Notes: generated from the letters alone by a model not told the origin. A DNA stretch of 64,000 bases from Halarcobacter sp. (GCA_963676565.1 OY781089.1:1504001-1568000), one strand, 5' to 3'. Shown: positions 40,493-50,931, numbered from the stretch's first letter. Numbers and translations are program-made.

Positions 40493-41950
40493 ATGAAATT
40501 AGATGAATTAAAACTTGAAGTAGACTATTTTCAATTTGATAAAAAGTTTTATGAAAAAGTTAATGCAACACCTTTAAATAATCCTTTCTTAATAAGTTAC
40601 AGTAAAAACGCATGTGATTTAATCAATTTAGATTACGAAGAATGTGAAACCAAAGATTTTGTAAAATTTATTAATGGTCAAAAAGTTTTAGAAGGTAGTA
40701 TCCCTTTTGCAATGGCATATGCAGGTCATCAGTTTGGATATTTTGTTCCACAGCTTGGTGATGGAAGAGCTATAAATCTTGGACATATAAATAATTGGCA
40801 TCTTCAAACAAAAGGCTCAGGGCTTACAAAGTATTCAAGACAAGGAGATGGAAGAGCAGTTTTAAGGTCATCCATTAGAGAATATATTATAAGTGAAGCA
40901 ATGAACGCTCTAGAAATCCCTACGACAAGAGCCTTAGCCTTAATTGGTTCAACTCATTTTGTTTATAGAAATTATATGGAAAAAGAAACAGGTGCAATTG
41001 TTTTAAGATTATCTCCTTCTTGGGTTAGAATAGGAACCTTTGAGTTTTTCTCAAGGGGACGTGAACCTGAAAACAATCTAAGACAATTAGCTAATTATGT
41101 TATAAATCAATCATATCCACACCTAAAAAATGATGAGAATAAATACGAGAAGATGTATTTTGAATTAGTTGATGAAAGTGCAAAACTATTGGCTCAATGG
41201 ATGGCTTATGGTTTCCAACATGGGGTTATAAACACTGATAATTTTTCAATGGCAGGACTTACTATTGATTATGGACCTTTTGCTTTTATGGATCAGTTCT
41301 CAAAACATTCTATTTGTAATCATACAGATATGGAAGGAAGATATTCATATAACAATCAGCCTGAGATTGCTAGATGGAATTTAGAAGTTTTAGCATATAA
41401 CCTTGGTAAGATTTGCAGTTTTCAAAAACTAATGTCATATTTAAAAACATTTATGTCTAAACAACAAGAAGAGTACTTAAAAATTATGAATGAAAGATTG
41501 GGTTTAGATATAAATTTAAGTGATGATGAAAACTTAGATTTAATGATTGCTTTACTTGAGGCTTTAGAAGAAGCAAAGATAGACTATAATTGTTTTTTTT
41601 ATGAGCTTACAAAACTAGAAAGTTTTGATAATATCTCATCAATTTTAGATATAGCTGTATTTAGGGCTCCTTTAGAAAGTTGGTTTGAGAAATATAAAGA
41701 AGCAATAAAAATACAAAAGCAAGATTTTTCAAAAATGAAAGAACTTATGAAAAAAACTAATCCCAAGTTTATAATTAAAAACTACATGCTCCAAGAAGCT
41801 ATAGAAAAAGCTCAAGAGGGTGATTTCTCTTTAGTAAATGATTTATTAAAAATTGCCCAAAACCCTTTTGATGAATATAAAGAGTTTGAAAGATATGCGA
41901 AACCAACACCCCTTGAATACTCAAATATAAAACTTAGTTGTTCCTCTTAA
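40493..41950 (+). CDS. selO: protein adenylyltransferase SelO (YdiU)
   Basis: YAGHQFG...QLGDGRA, KGSG, DGRAVLRSSIRE, HGVINTDN, C-terminal SCSS; start 40493 or TTG 40463. Confidence 0.95.
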   Translation: MKLDELKLEVDYFQFDKKFYEKVNATPLNNPFLISYSKNACDLINLDYEECETKDFVKFINGQKVLEGSIPFAMAYAGHQFGYFVPQLGDGRAINLGHINNWHLQTKGSGLTKYSRQGDGRAVLRSSIREYIISEAMNALEIPTTRALALIGSTHFVYRNYMEKETGAIVLRLSPSWVRIGTFEFFSRGREPENNLRQLANYVINQSYPHLKNDENKYEKMYFELVDESAKLLAQWMAYGFQHGVINTDNFSMAGLTIDYGPFAFMDQFSKHSICNHTDMEGRYSYNNQPEIARWNLEVLAYNLGKICSFQKLMSYLKTFMSKQQEEYLKIMNERLGLDINLSDDENLDLMIALLEALEEAKIDYNCFFYELTKLESFDNISSILDIAVFRAPLESWFEKYKEAIKIQKQDFSKMKELMKKTNPKFIIKNYMLQEAIEKAQEGDFSLVNDLLKIAQNPFDEYKEFERYAKPTPLEYSNIKLSCSS

Positions 41951-41977
41951 AACAGAAAATAACTTTTTATTTTTTCA

Positions 41978-42057
41978 ACTGACTAGTGGTCAGTATTAAT
42001 ATATCGTTAAGTTTTGATTGATATAATGCAAATATTAATTGACCGACGGTCAGTCAA
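41978..42057 (+). promoter_or_regulatory. promoter with two TGAC-N5-GTCA TetR operators
   Basis: ACTGAC-TAGTG-GTCAGT (41978), TGaTATAAT (42019-42027), TGACC-GAC-GGTCA (42040). Confidence 0.75.
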
Positions 42058-42101
42058 AAAGTTACAACGTTCATTATTTGTAACTAAAAGGAGGTAATAT
42101 A

Positions 42102-42704
42102 TTGAGTCCTAGAAAAATTAATAAAGAAGAAAAAAGAAGAGAAGTAGCTCTATCATGCCGTGAACTTATATATGAAGTTGGGATGAAAAATCTTACAGTT
42201 GCACAGGTGGCAAAAGCTGCTGGAATTGGAAAAGGAACAATATACGAATATTTTGAAAATAAAGATGACATTATTTTTGAAATTATAAATATTCATATTG
42301 AAGAACATCATAAAAAGTTCTTAAAAGAGGTAGAAAAGCTTAAAACAATAAGGGAAAAAATTGAATTGTTTTTTGAATTTGTTTTAAGTGAAGAGCCTGA
42401 TTTAGTAAGAAGATTTAATGGCTATAAAGAGTTTCTCTCTATAGTATTATCAGATGATAATACTTCAATGAAAGAGTTTAATTGTAATAAAAATGAATTT
42501 TTTAGAGGTGAACTTGTTAAAATTTTTGCTCAAGGAATAGCAAGTGGTGAATTAAGAGAAGAATCACTTGAATTAGCTGATGGGATTTTAACTTATCAAA
42601 AGGGTTTAACTATTAGAAAAATGAGTCAAGCCAATTTTGATGCAAGGGAAGATTTTGAAAAGTTTATCAATACAATTTTTAAATTGTTAGAGGTGAAGAA
42701 GTAA
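42102..42704 (+). CDS. TetR/AcrR family regulator
   Basis: LTVAQVAKAAGIGKGTIYEYFENK HTH; AGGAGG SD with TTG start. Confidence 0.93.
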   Translation: MSPRKINKEEKRREVALSCRELIYEVGMKNLTVAQVAKAAGIGKGTIYEYFENKDDIIFEIINIHIEEHHKKFLKEVEKLKTIREKIELFFEFVLSEEPDLVRRFNGYKEFLSIVLSDDNTSMKEFNCNKNEFFRGELVKIFAQGIASGELREESLELADGILTYQKGLTIRKMSQANFDAREDFEKFINTIFKLLEVKK

Positions 42705-42931
42705 TGATTCCTGCAAAATATCAAAGATTAGTATTCGCTTTTTTAATGTCTTTACTTATGAGCTTTTTGATGAGTGGAGTTATTACTTTCATAAATTTAG
42801 GAATTGTAGATAATTTTATCTCTTTATGGTTTGGTGCATATTGGAGAGCTTTTGTTGTAGCTTTTCCAATTATCTTTGTTGTCGCGCCATTTGTTCAAAA
42901 ACTTACAGCAAAACTAATAAAACAGAATTAA
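42704..42931 (+). CDS. DUF2798-like small membrane protein
   Basis: FLMSLLMSFLMS...W...AFP pattern; coupled to TetR. Confidence 0.75.
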   Translation: MIPAKYQRLVFAFLMSLLMSFLMSGVITFINLGIVDNFISLWFGAYWRAFVVAFPIIFVVAPFVQKLTAKLIKQN

Positions 42932-42945
42932 CACAAGGAAAGAAA

Positions 42946-44172
42946 ATGATGAAACTAAGTTTAGCTTTTTTATTAATTATTCCATTTTCACTTTTTGGTG
43001 AAAATCTTCAACAATTAATCGAATTGTCAAAAAACAATAAAATGTTAGAGTCTTCTAAAATTAGTTTAGAGAGTATAAAAGACTCTTATAAAAGTGTAAA
43101 AAGTAATTATATGCCACAGTTTAATGTGGGCGCAAGTTACAGTAATAATAGTAATGAAACAATCACTATGCCACAAAATAACACAACTGTTAAAGGAAGT
43201 GTTGATTATGTGATTTATGATGGTGGTAAAAAACAAAATACTTATAAGTATTATGATTCAACTATAAAAAGTAGTGAGAATAGTTTGGAAAATCAAAAAA
43301 ATGAAATTGCTTTAGAGGTTATTACGTATTACTATGATTATCTTTCTTATTTAGCTCAAAAAGAAGTAAAACTTCAAGAGATTGAACAGCTTCAAGCACA
43401 ATATAAAAGATTAAAAAAATTTTTAGATGTGGGAACTACAACTGAAGATGAAGTACAAAAAATTATATCAAATATAGAAATTGCAAATGTTGCTTTACAT
43501 GAAATTGAGTTAAATATTCAAACAATTAATCATAACTTAGAATATATTGTTGGAAAGTCAGTTTCAATTGAACCTGGTTCAAAAGTTTCAAAGTTTGATA
43601 AAGAGGTAAAATTAAGAGCAGATTTAAAAGCATTAGAAGATCAACTTGAAGCTTTAAAATCAAATGCAAAAGCTGAAAAAAGTGGAAAACTTCCAGTAGT
43701 TTCTTTTAATGATACATATTCATATAATAATTTAAACTATGACTCTGCTGCAAGTGATGATGATGTAGATAGAAATGTTGCTACATTAAACTTATCATGG
43801 AATATTTTTGATTTTGGCGCAACAAATAACTCATATGAGGCAGCATACAAACAATATTTAGCATTAAAATCACAGTATGAGTATGAAAAAAATAAGGCAA
43901 ATGTTGATTTAAAACTTGCAAAAAAAGCTTATGATATAGCAAAGTTAAAAATTGAATCTTCAAAAGCTGGATTAAAAGCTGCAAATAGTGCATATGAAAC
44001 TATTAAAGCAAAATATCAAAATGGTTTAGTTGATAATGTTGCATATTTACAAAGTTTAACAGAAAAATATAGTGCTCAAAGCTCATTAAAAGTTGCACTT
44101 TATGAGTTAGAGATGAGAAAAGCAAATATAATTTATTTTAGTGGTGAAAGATTAGAGGAGTATATAAAATGA
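42946..44172 (+). CDS. TolC family outer membrane efflux protein
   Basis: Signal peptide from ATG 42946 (AAGGA SD), YDGG and FDFG OEP repeats. Confidence 0.9.
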   Translation: MMKLSLAFLLIIPFSLFGENLQQLIELSKNNKMLESSKISLESIKDSYKSVKSNYMPQFNVGASYSNNSNETITMPQNNTTVKGSVDYVIYDGGKKQNTYKYYDSTIKSSENSLENQKNEIALEVITYYYDYLSYLAQKEVKLQEIEQLQAQYKRLKKFLDVGTTTEDEVQKIISNIEIANVALHEIELNIQTINHNLEYIVGKSVSIEPGSKVSKFDKEVKLRADLKALEDQLEALKSNAKAEKSGKLPVVSFNDTYSYNNLNYDSAASDDDVDRNVATLNLSWNIFDFGATNNSYEAAYKQYLALKSQYEYEKNKANVDLKLAKKAYDIAKLKIESSKAGLKAANSAYETIKAKYQNGLVDNVAYLQSLTEKYSAQSSLKVALYELEMRKANIIYFSGERLEEYIK

Positions 44173-45305
44173 AAATTGTAAAAAGACTATTAGTAAGTTC
44201 AGTAATAACTTTTGTTGCACTTTCAACAAATTTAAGTGCTGCAGGAGCACCAGTAGGAAAACAAATGCCAGCTCCAAAAGCTGATGTTTATGTTGTTCCC
44301 CAAGCAAGCGATTTTGCTATTACTTTAAAATATCCAGCATCTATTGAGCCATTTAGCCAAGCTGTTGTTTATTCTAGAGTTTTAGGTGTTTTAGAAGAAA
44401 TGCACTTTAATGAAGGTGATAAAGTAAAAAAAGGTCAAGAGTTATTTACAATTGAAGATGATATTTATCAAGCTCAAGTTGATGCTGCTCAAGCTTCTCT
44501 TAATATGGCTGAAGCAACTTTACAAAATGCAACTAGAAGTTGGGAAAGAATTAAAAAACTTTATAAAAGTAAAGCTGTTACAACAGAACAAAGAGATACA
44601 ACATTATCAACATATCAAAATGCTTTAGCATCTGTTTCAGCAGCAAAAGCTCAATTAAAACAAGCAAAAATCAATTTAAATTATACAAAAGTAAAAGCTC
44701 CAATTTCAGGAGTTACAAGTTTAAAAGCTGTTGATTTAGGGAATTTAGTTACATCAAATCCTCCAATGGCACTTGTTACTATTACTCAAAATGATAAAGT
44801 TTATTTAGATTTTTCAATGCCAATGAGTGATTATATTAATATTAAAAATGGTTTATGGTCAATGCCTGAAAATGGGAAAATTGAAATTGATGTTATCATA
44901 AATGGTAAGCCATCAGGAGTTAAAGGTTATGTTGATTTTATAGATGTAAATACTAATGAAAATACTTCAACAGTTAAAATGAGAGCTGTTGTTGATAATA
45001 GTCAACAAAAATTGATGGCTGGAAGCTTTGCAAGAGTTGCCTTAAGTGGTATTGTTCAAAAAAATGTAATAACAGTTCCTCAAAAAGCAGTTTTACAAAA
45101 TCCTATGGGAACAATTGTAATGGTTGATGAAGGTGGTAAAGTTGGAGTTAGACCAATAGTACCAGGAAAAGAAAGTGGCGATAAATATATTGTTGCTGGT
45201 GGTATGGTAAAAAGTGGAGATAGAGTCTTCGTAAATAATTTCTTTAGAATTAAGCCAGGAAATCCAGTAACTGTTGATAAAGTAATAAACGAACAAGGTA
45301 AATAA
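44169..45305 (+). CDS. RND efflux periplasmic adaptor (MFP)
   Basis: EGDKVKKGQELF lipoyl half, LNYTKVKAPISG. Confidence 0.93.
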   Translation: MKIVKRLLVSSVITFVALSTNLSAAGAPVGKQMPAPKADVYVVPQASDFAITLKYPASIEPFSQAVVYSRVLGVLEEMHFNEGDKVKKGQELFTIEDDIYQAQVDAAQASLNMAEATLQNATRSWERIKKLYKSKAVTTEQRDTTLSTYQNALASVSAAKAQLKQAKINLNYTKVKAPISGVTSLKAVDLGNLVTSNPPMALVTITQNDKVYLDFSMPMSDYINIKNGLWSMPENGKIEIDVIINGKPSGVKGYVDFIDVNTNENTSTVKMRAVVDNSQQKLMAGSFARVALSGIVQKNVITVPQKAVLQNPMGTIVMVDEGGKVGVRPIVPGKESGDKYIVAGGMVKSGDRVFVNNFFRIKPGNPVTVDKVINEQGK

Positions 45306-45307
45306 AA

Positions 45308-48300
45308 ATGTTTTCAAAGTTTTTTATTAATAGACCAATTTTCGCAACAGTTGTGTCTATTATAATTATTCTTGCAGGTTTAATATCTATTAATATTTTA
45401 CCTGTAAAAGAGTATCCAGCTGTAACTCCACCACAGATTAATGTGAGTGCAACTTACCCAGGAGCTGATGCAAGTACACTTTCAAGTACTGTTGCTCCAG
45501 TATTGGAAAATGCAATTAATGGTGTAGACAATATGACTTATATGTCTACAACTGCATCTCCAAGTGGTGTTTTAAGTATGAGTATTATATTTGCAGTTGG
45601 AACTGATGTTGACCAAGCTAAAGTTGATGTAAACAATAGAGTTCAATTAGCACTTTCTTCACTTCCAAGTGAAGTTCAAAGACAGGGTATCTCTGTTGCT
45701 GAAAGATCTCCAGATATGTTAAAAGTATTAGCATTTACATCTAAAGATAATGTTCACAATACAACATGGATTTCAAACTACTTAACTGTAAATGTACTAG
45801 ATGATATTAAAAGAATTAAAGGTATTGGTGAAGCTAGAGTATTTGGTGCAAAAGATTACGCTATTAGAGTATTAATTGACCCTGAGAAATTAAAGTTTTA
45901 TGATATCTCTCCTGTTCAAGTTAGATCAATAATTTCAGAGCAAAATAATCAATACTCAACAGGTAGTGTTGGTGCAGAACCAATTAAAAATGTTACACCA
46001 TTTACTTATTCTATCTCTACAGAGGGTAGACTTAAAAATGTTGCAGAGTTTAATAATATAATTATAAGATCAAATCCTGATGGTTCAACTTTAAGACTAA
46101 AAGATATTGCAAAAGTAGAACTAGGTTCAGATTCAACATACACAAATGCTAAATATTCTGGTGAGCCTATGATTCCAGTTGGTATTTTCTTGGCACCTGG
46201 AGCAAATGCACTTGAAGTATCTGCTGCTTTAACTGAAACTTTAGAAGAAATATCAAAAAATTTCCCAGAAGATTTAGAGTATCAAGTACCATATGATGCA
46301 ACACTTTTTGTTGATCAATCAATTAAAGAGGTTGTTAAAACATTACTTGAAGCTATTTTCTTTGTAATTATTTTAATTTATTTATTTTTAGGTAATTTTA
46401 GAGCAACTATTATTCCAGTTCTTGCTATTCCAGTTTCTGTTATTGGTACTTTTGCAGGTCTTTACGCAGCAGGTTTTTCTATCAATTTACTTACATTATT
46501 TGGTATGATTCTGGCCATTGGATTGGTTGTTGATGATGCCATTATTGTAATTGAAAATGTTGAAAGAAATTTACGTACCAAAAAAGATATATCAGTAAAA
46601 GATGCAACTATTGATGCAATGAAAGAGTTAACTACTCCACTTATTGCAATTATTCTTGTTCTTTCAGCTGTATTTATCCCAGCAGCACTTACTGGTGGTT
46701 TTAGTGGGGTTATGTATAAACAATTTGCCATAACTATTGTAATGGCAGTTGTAATTTCAGGACTTGTTGCTTTAACATTAACTCCAGCTCTTTGTGCAAT
46801 TTTCCTTAAAAAAGACGAAGGTGAACCAATTTGGCCTATTAAAAAATTTAATGAATTTTTTGATTGGTCTACAAAAATATTTATTGGGATTACAAAGCAA
46901 ACAATTAGATTATGGTTCTTTTCTCTTGCTTTATTTGGTATATTAATATACGCAACTTTTAGTATTATTCAAAAGACACCAAATGGACTTGTTCCAACTG
47001 AAGATAAAGGTGTTTTACTAGTATTTGCTTATGCTATGCCTTCAACTTCTTTAGGTGAAACTGCAAAAATTACAAGTGAAATTGAACAACAATTATTAGC
47101 TGATGATGAAATTGTTTCAACAGGTAATATTACTGGACTTGATATTGCAACTTTTGCATATAAAACAGATTCAGCTTTAATGTTTGCTATGTTAAAACCT
47201 TGGGATGAAAGACCACTTCCAAATCAAAACTCGCAAGCAATTGCAGGAAGATTGATGGGGCAATTTATGGGTACAAGTAAAGAAGCGTTTGTTTTACCAG
47301 TAAATCCACCTCCAATTATGGGTATGAGTACAACTGGTGGTTTTGAAATGTGGATTCAAGATAGAACTGGTGGTGATTTAGCAACATTAAATAAATATAC
47401 ACAAGATATTATTGCAAAAGCAAGTGCTGATCCTAGATTAACTGGTATGAGAACAACATTAAATACAAATGTTCCAAAATATATGTTAAAGGTTAATAAG
47501 GATAAAGCAAAAGCAATGAATGTTTCTTTAGATTCTATTTTTAGTGTTATTCAAAATACTTATGGACAAGGTTATATCAATGACTTTAATCTGTATGGTA
47601 GAACATTTCATGTAAATATTCAGTCTGAGTCACAATACAGAGCAACAAAAGAGCAATTTAAAAATACATTTGTTAAGTCTTCAACAAATAACTATGTTCC
47701 ATTAAGTGAATTAATTACCCTTGATAGAACAGTAAATGCAAGTGTTATTCAAAGATTTAATATGTTTAATGCTGCAAAAGTAACAGGTGCTCCTGCATTT
47801 GGATTTGCTTCAAGTGATGCAACAGCTGCTATTGAAGAGATTGCAAATGAGATTTTACCTGAAGGATATACAATTGCTTGGTCTGGTACAACATATCAAG
47901 AGAAAAAATTAGAAACTGAAGGTGATTTAACTGCAGTTTACGCAGCGGTATTTGTGTTCTTAATTCTTGCAGCTTTATATGAAAGTTGGAGTATTCCATT
48001 AGCAGTAATTATTTCTATTCCATTTGCTATTTTTGGTGCAGCACTAGCTGTATTTTTAAGAGGATTAGAAGCAGATATTTATTTCCAAGTTGGGCTTATT
48101 ACTCTGGTTGGTTTAAGTGCCAAAAATGCAATTTTAATTGTAGAGTTTGCAATGGATAAATTAAAAGGTGGAATGAACCTTTTTGATGCAACAATTGAAG
48201 CATCAAGATTAAGATTTAGACCTATTGTTATGACATCATTAGCATTTATAGTTGGTACCTTACCTTTAGCACTAAGTAGTGGGGCTGGTAGTGCAAGTAG

Positions 48301-48430
48301 ACATATCATTGGTACAACTGTTGTTGGCGGTATGGTCGCTGCAGTTGCACTTGGAGTTTTATTTATTCCATTATTCTTCTATGGAGTACTTAAAATAAAA
48401 GAGAAACTTAGTTTCAAAAAAGATAAATAG
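45308..48430 (+). CDS. RND multidrug efflux permease (AcrB/CmeB family)
   Basis: FFINRPIFA, AIGLVVDDAIIVIENV, AKNAILIVEFA, RFRPIVMTS. Confidence 0.96.
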   Translation: MFSKFFINRPIFATVVSIIIILAGLISINILPVKEYPAVTPPQINVSATYPGADASTLSSTVAPVLENAINGVDNMTYMSTTASPSGVLSMSIIFAVGTDVDQAKVDVNNRVQLALSSLPSEVQRQGISVAERSPDMLKVLAFTSKDNVHNTTWISNYLTVNVLDDIKRIKGIGEARVFGAKDYAIRVLIDPEKLKFYDISPVQVRSIISEQNNQYSTGSVGAEPIKNVTPFTYSISTEGRLKNVAEFNNIIIRSNPDGSTLRLKDIAKVELGSDSTYTNAKYSGEPMIPVGIFLAPGANALEVSAALTETLEEISKNFPEDLEYQVPYDATLFVDQSIKEVVKTLLEAIFFVIILIYLFLGNFRATIIPVLAIPVSVIGTFAGLYAAGFSINLLTLFGMILAIGLVVDDAIIVIENVERNLRTKKDISVKDATIDAMKELTTPLIAIILVLSAVFIPAALTGGFSGVMYKQFAITIVMAVVISGLVALTLTPALCAIFLKKDEGEPIWPIKKFNEFFDWSTKIFIGITKQTIRLWFFSLALFGILIYATFSIIQKTPNGLVPTEDKGVLLVFAYAMPSTSLGETAKITSEIEQQLLADDEIVSTGNITGLDIATFAYKTDSALMFAMLKPWDERPLPNQNSQAIAGRLMGQFMGTSKEAFVLPVNPPPIMGMSTTGGFEMWIQDRTGGDLATLNKYTQDIIAKASADPRLTGMRTTLNTNVPKYMLKVNKDKAKAMNVSLDSIFSVIQNTYGQGYINDFNLYGRTFHVNIQSESQYRATKEQFKNTFVKSSTNNYVPLSELITLDRTVNASVIQRFNMFNAAKVTGAPAFGFASSDATAAIEEIANEILPEGYTIAWSGTTYQEKKLETEGDLTAVYAAVFVFLILAALYESWSIPLAVIISIPFAIFGAALAVFLRGLEADIYFQVGLITLVGLSAKNAILIVEFAMDKLKGGMNLFDATIEASRLRFRPIVMTSLAFIVGTLPLALSSGAGSASRHIIGTTVVGGMVAAVALGVLFIPLFFYGVLKIKEKLSFKKDK

Positions 48431-48446
48431 GGTTTTCCCTATTTAT
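48423..48446. terminator. bidirectional hairpin spanning two convergent stops
   Basis: ATAAATAGGG-TTTT-CCCTATTTAT. Confidence 0.7.
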
Positions 48447-48753
48447 TTTGAAAACCTTGATATTTAAATCCTGTACTTCCACCACTTTCTTTCTTATTTT
48501 GTTCTTGTTTCTTTGATGGAACATTTTCTATCCCTTTAAAGGTGTCAAACCATTTTAACTCTTCTGGGGCATCAGCTTCAAATTTTGTTTTTTTAGGTGA
48601 GTTAAAATCCATTTTTCCAGATGAAAAATCAACTTTTGTAAAACCTATGTATATAAAGATAATAATTGCAACACCTACTAATAGTTTAAACAACATATCT
48701 AAAAATAGTCTTGTTTGAGTTTTTTTCTTTTGTATTTTTTCATTTTTTGCCAT
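48439..48753 (-). CDS. hypothetical single-TM protein
   Basis: 104-aa ORF with one hydrophobic helix; TATAAT just upstream. Confidence 0.6.
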   Translation of the reverse strand: MAKNEKIQKKKTQTRLFLDMLFKLLVGVAIIIFIYIGFTKVDFSSGKMDFNSPKKTKFEADAPEELKWFDTFKGIENVPSKKQEQNKKESGGSTGFKYQGFQNK

Positions 48754-48797
48754 AAAATAATTATACTTAAAAAAATTAACTTTAGGTATAATAAGGA

Positions 48798-49217
48798 ATG
48801 AAGAGTTTACAAAAAGAGTTTAATTTAAGAAAAAAGAATAGAGGGTTTCATCTAATTACAGATGAAATAATTTCAAATATTCCAGAGATAAAAGATTTTG
48901 AAATAGGAACTTTAAATCTATTTATAAAACATACAAGTGCAAGTTTGACTATAAATGAAAATTGTGACCCAACAGTTAGAACTGATATGGAAAACTTTGT
49001 TAATGATGTAGTATCAAATAAGTCATATTTTAAACATACATATGAGGGTGATGATGATATGCCTGCACATTTAAAGTCTTCACTATTTGGTGTGAGTCTT
49101 ACAATTCCTATTACAAATGGACAACTAAATCTTGGAACTTGGCAAGGTATTTATTTAGGAGAGCATAGAGATTATGGTGGTAGTAGAAAAATAGTTGCTA
49201 CAATTATGGGAAATTAA
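48798..49217 (+). CDS. yjbQ: YjbQ/UPF0047 family protein
   Basis: HTSASLTINEN.DP, HTYEGDDDMPAH, LGTWQGIYLGEHR. Confidence 0.93.
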   Translation: MKSLQKEFNLRKKNRGFHLITDEIISNIPEIKDFEIGTLNLFIKHTSASLTINENCDPTVRTDMENFVNDVVSNKSYFKHTYEGDDDMPAHLKSSLFGVSLTIPITNGQLNLGTWQGIYLGEHRDYGGSRKIVATIMGN

Positions 49218-49383
49218 AAGGTTTAATATTTTTTCTCAATATTTATTCTAGCCATTTCTCAAGATATTCAAGTGGTTTAAGAACTAGAACAGATAGTATT
49301 GAATTATAACTAAATACATACTTTAAAAGTATATACTTAGTTTAAGTGTGGTCTTTTTAAGGTCAAGATAAGACTATAAATAA

Positions 49384-49689
49384 CTATTTTAAAAAGTTCG
49401 CATTATCAATTTGTGATAAAGGAATATTAACATCAAAAATTTTTGCAGTAATATTTTCAATTCCAAATGAATTTAATCTTTGGGTATGTTTAGTTAAATA
49501 TCTATTTGCATTTTCGATATCTTCAAATAAGTAGATTCCACCAGCTTGTTTTGTATCAGCATTTTCTGTCCAGATTTTCCAAATTAACCCTTGCTCAGTT
49601 GCAATATCTTTTGCCAAATCAGAAAAAGCCTCAGTCATATTATCTCCAAATGGTCCTTCCATTGGAAAATCAATTTGTAATAATTTCAT
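49384..49689 (-). CDS. ydhR: YdhR family putative monooxygenase
   Basis: LLQIDFP..GPFG, GLIWKIWTEN, AGGIYLF. Confidence 0.88.
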   Translation of the reverse strand: MKLLQIDFPMEGPFGDNMTEAFSDLAKDIATEQGLIWKIWTENADTKQAGGIYLFEDIENANRYLTKHTQRLNSFGIENITAKIFDVNIPLSQIDNANFLK

Positions 49690-49690
49690 A

Positions 49691-50125
49691 TTAATCCTTT
49701 TTATTTAAGTTCTTATATACTTTATTTAATAAGTTAAATAGTTGCTCTTTTTCATTAGTTGAAAAAGTATCTAACATATTATTATTGTGTTGAGTTGAAT
49801 GTTCAATAATAGGTTTTGATAAATCTATTGCTTTTTTTGTTGGGAATAATTGAATTTCTCTTCTATTTTCACTATTTTGCTTTTTTATTAGAAAATCACT
49901 TTTTTCTAACTTATCAATCATTCTTGTTAAGTTACCTTGATTCTTATATGTGGAATCAGATACTGACTTTTGTGAAATACCTGGCTCTTCAATAACTTTA
50001 TAAACTACTGACCATTGTTCAGGAGATATTCCATAATCTTTAATTTCTTGATTAAAAGCATTTTTAGATGCTAAGGCAGTTCTATTTAAAATAAAACCTA
50101 ATGATTTATTCATATCAAAATTCAT
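49691..50125 (-). CDS. MarR family regulator
   Basis: ISPEQW, LTRMIDKLE, ENRRE winged helix. Confidence 0.9.
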   Translation of the reverse strand: MNFDMNKSLGFILNRTALASKNAFNQEIKDYGISPEQWSVVYKVIEEPGISQKSVSDSTYKNQGNLTRMIDKLEKSDFLIKKQNSENRREIQLFPTKKAIDLSKPIIEHSTQHNNNMLDTFSTNEKEQLFNLLNKVYKNLNKKD

Positions 50126-50145
50126 ATTAACCCTTTCAAGTTGGA

Positions 50146-50179
50146 ATTATACTTGTTTTAACAATTGTTGTCAAGACAT
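50146..50179 (-). promoter_or_regulatory. consensus sigma70 promoter of marR-ydhR with overlapping palindromes
   Basis: Minus strand TTGACA (50174-50169), 17 bp, TATAAT (50151-50146); TTGTT-TT-AACAA and TGTC-AA-GACA palindromes. Confidence 0.8.
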
Positions 50180-50249
50180 ATATTTTAGATTATTGTATTA
50201 AAAAGTTTAAAGATTATAATGATATATCTATAGCCTTTGAAAAAAGCTC

Positions 50250-50278
50250 TTGACTTTTGTACTACATTGTGCCATAAT
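50250..50278 (+). promoter_or_regulatory. sigma70 promoter of TetR with operator in the spacer
   Basis: TTGACT-17 bp-CATAAT; TTTTGTACTACATTGTGCC resembles the sites at 50904 and 50982. Confidence 0.7.
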
Positions 50279-50284
50279 TCAATT

Positions 50285-50890
50285 ATGATAAAAAAATCAA
50301 TGAAAAACAGTATCGGTAGACCAAAAACTTTTGAAAAAGAAGATGTAATTAAACTAGCTATGAATCACTTTTGGGAACATGGTTACGAAGGAACAAATCT
50401 AGATGATTTATTAGTTGCAATGGGTATTAAAAAAAGTAGCTTTTACAGAACTTTTAAATCTAAAGAAGAGGTATTTTTCCTTTCTCTTGAACTTTATAAA
50501 AAAGAAACTTTTTTACTTTTAGAGCAGTTAAAATCTGAAATAGGGGTAAAGAAAACTTTAGTATATATTATAAAGTATGATGTTGAAGAAGCAAAGAAAT
50601 TAGGCAGATTAAAAGGTTGTTTAATTATTGATTGTGGAAAAGAATCTTATAAAAAATTTGGAATTATAAGTGATTATATAAAAAAAGAGATGAATAGTTT
50701 TGTAGAGTTTTTTACAGAGTTTGTAAAAGAAGGTCAAAAAAATGGTGATATTGGAAAGAAACTTGATTCAAAATTATTAGCTGTAAGGTATCTAACTTTA
50801 TATACAGGTATTATTTCTTCATTACAAGCTGGAATAGAGTTTAATGTAGTGGATGATTTATTACTTTTTGTGGAAGAATTAATGAATTGA
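50285..50890 (+). CDS. TetR/AcrR family regulator (NemR/ComR-like)
   Basis: GRPKTF, FWEHGYEGT, GIKKSSFYRTF, GCL; start 50285 or 50300 (track TTG 50237 lies upstream of the promoter). Confidence 0.88.
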   Translation: MIKKSMKNSIGRPKTFEKEDVIKLAMNHFWEHGYEGTNLDDLLVAMGIKKSSFYRTFKSKEEVFFLSLELYKKETFLLLEQLKSEIGVKKTLVYIIKYDVEEAKKLGRLKGCLIIDCGKESYKKFGIISDYIKKEMNSFVEFFTEFVKEGQKNGDIGKKLDSKLLAVRYLTLYTGIISSLQAGIEFNVVDDLLLFVEELMN

Positions 50891-50897
50891 TTTTTTT

Positions 50898-50931
50898 GTT
50901 TAGTTTTGTACTGAAAAGTACAAAACTAAAC
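50898..50931. promoter_or_regulatory. perfect 15-bp hairpin containing a GTACT-N4-AGTAC operator
   Basis: GTTTAGTTTTGTACT-GAAA-AGTACAAAACTAAAC; second core GTACT-AAAT-AGTAC at 50986-50999. Confidence 0.7.

Noticed and set aside
41930..41950. Selenocysteine at the SelO C-terminus
   Set aside because: Ends AGT TGT TCC TCT TAA; no in-frame TGA
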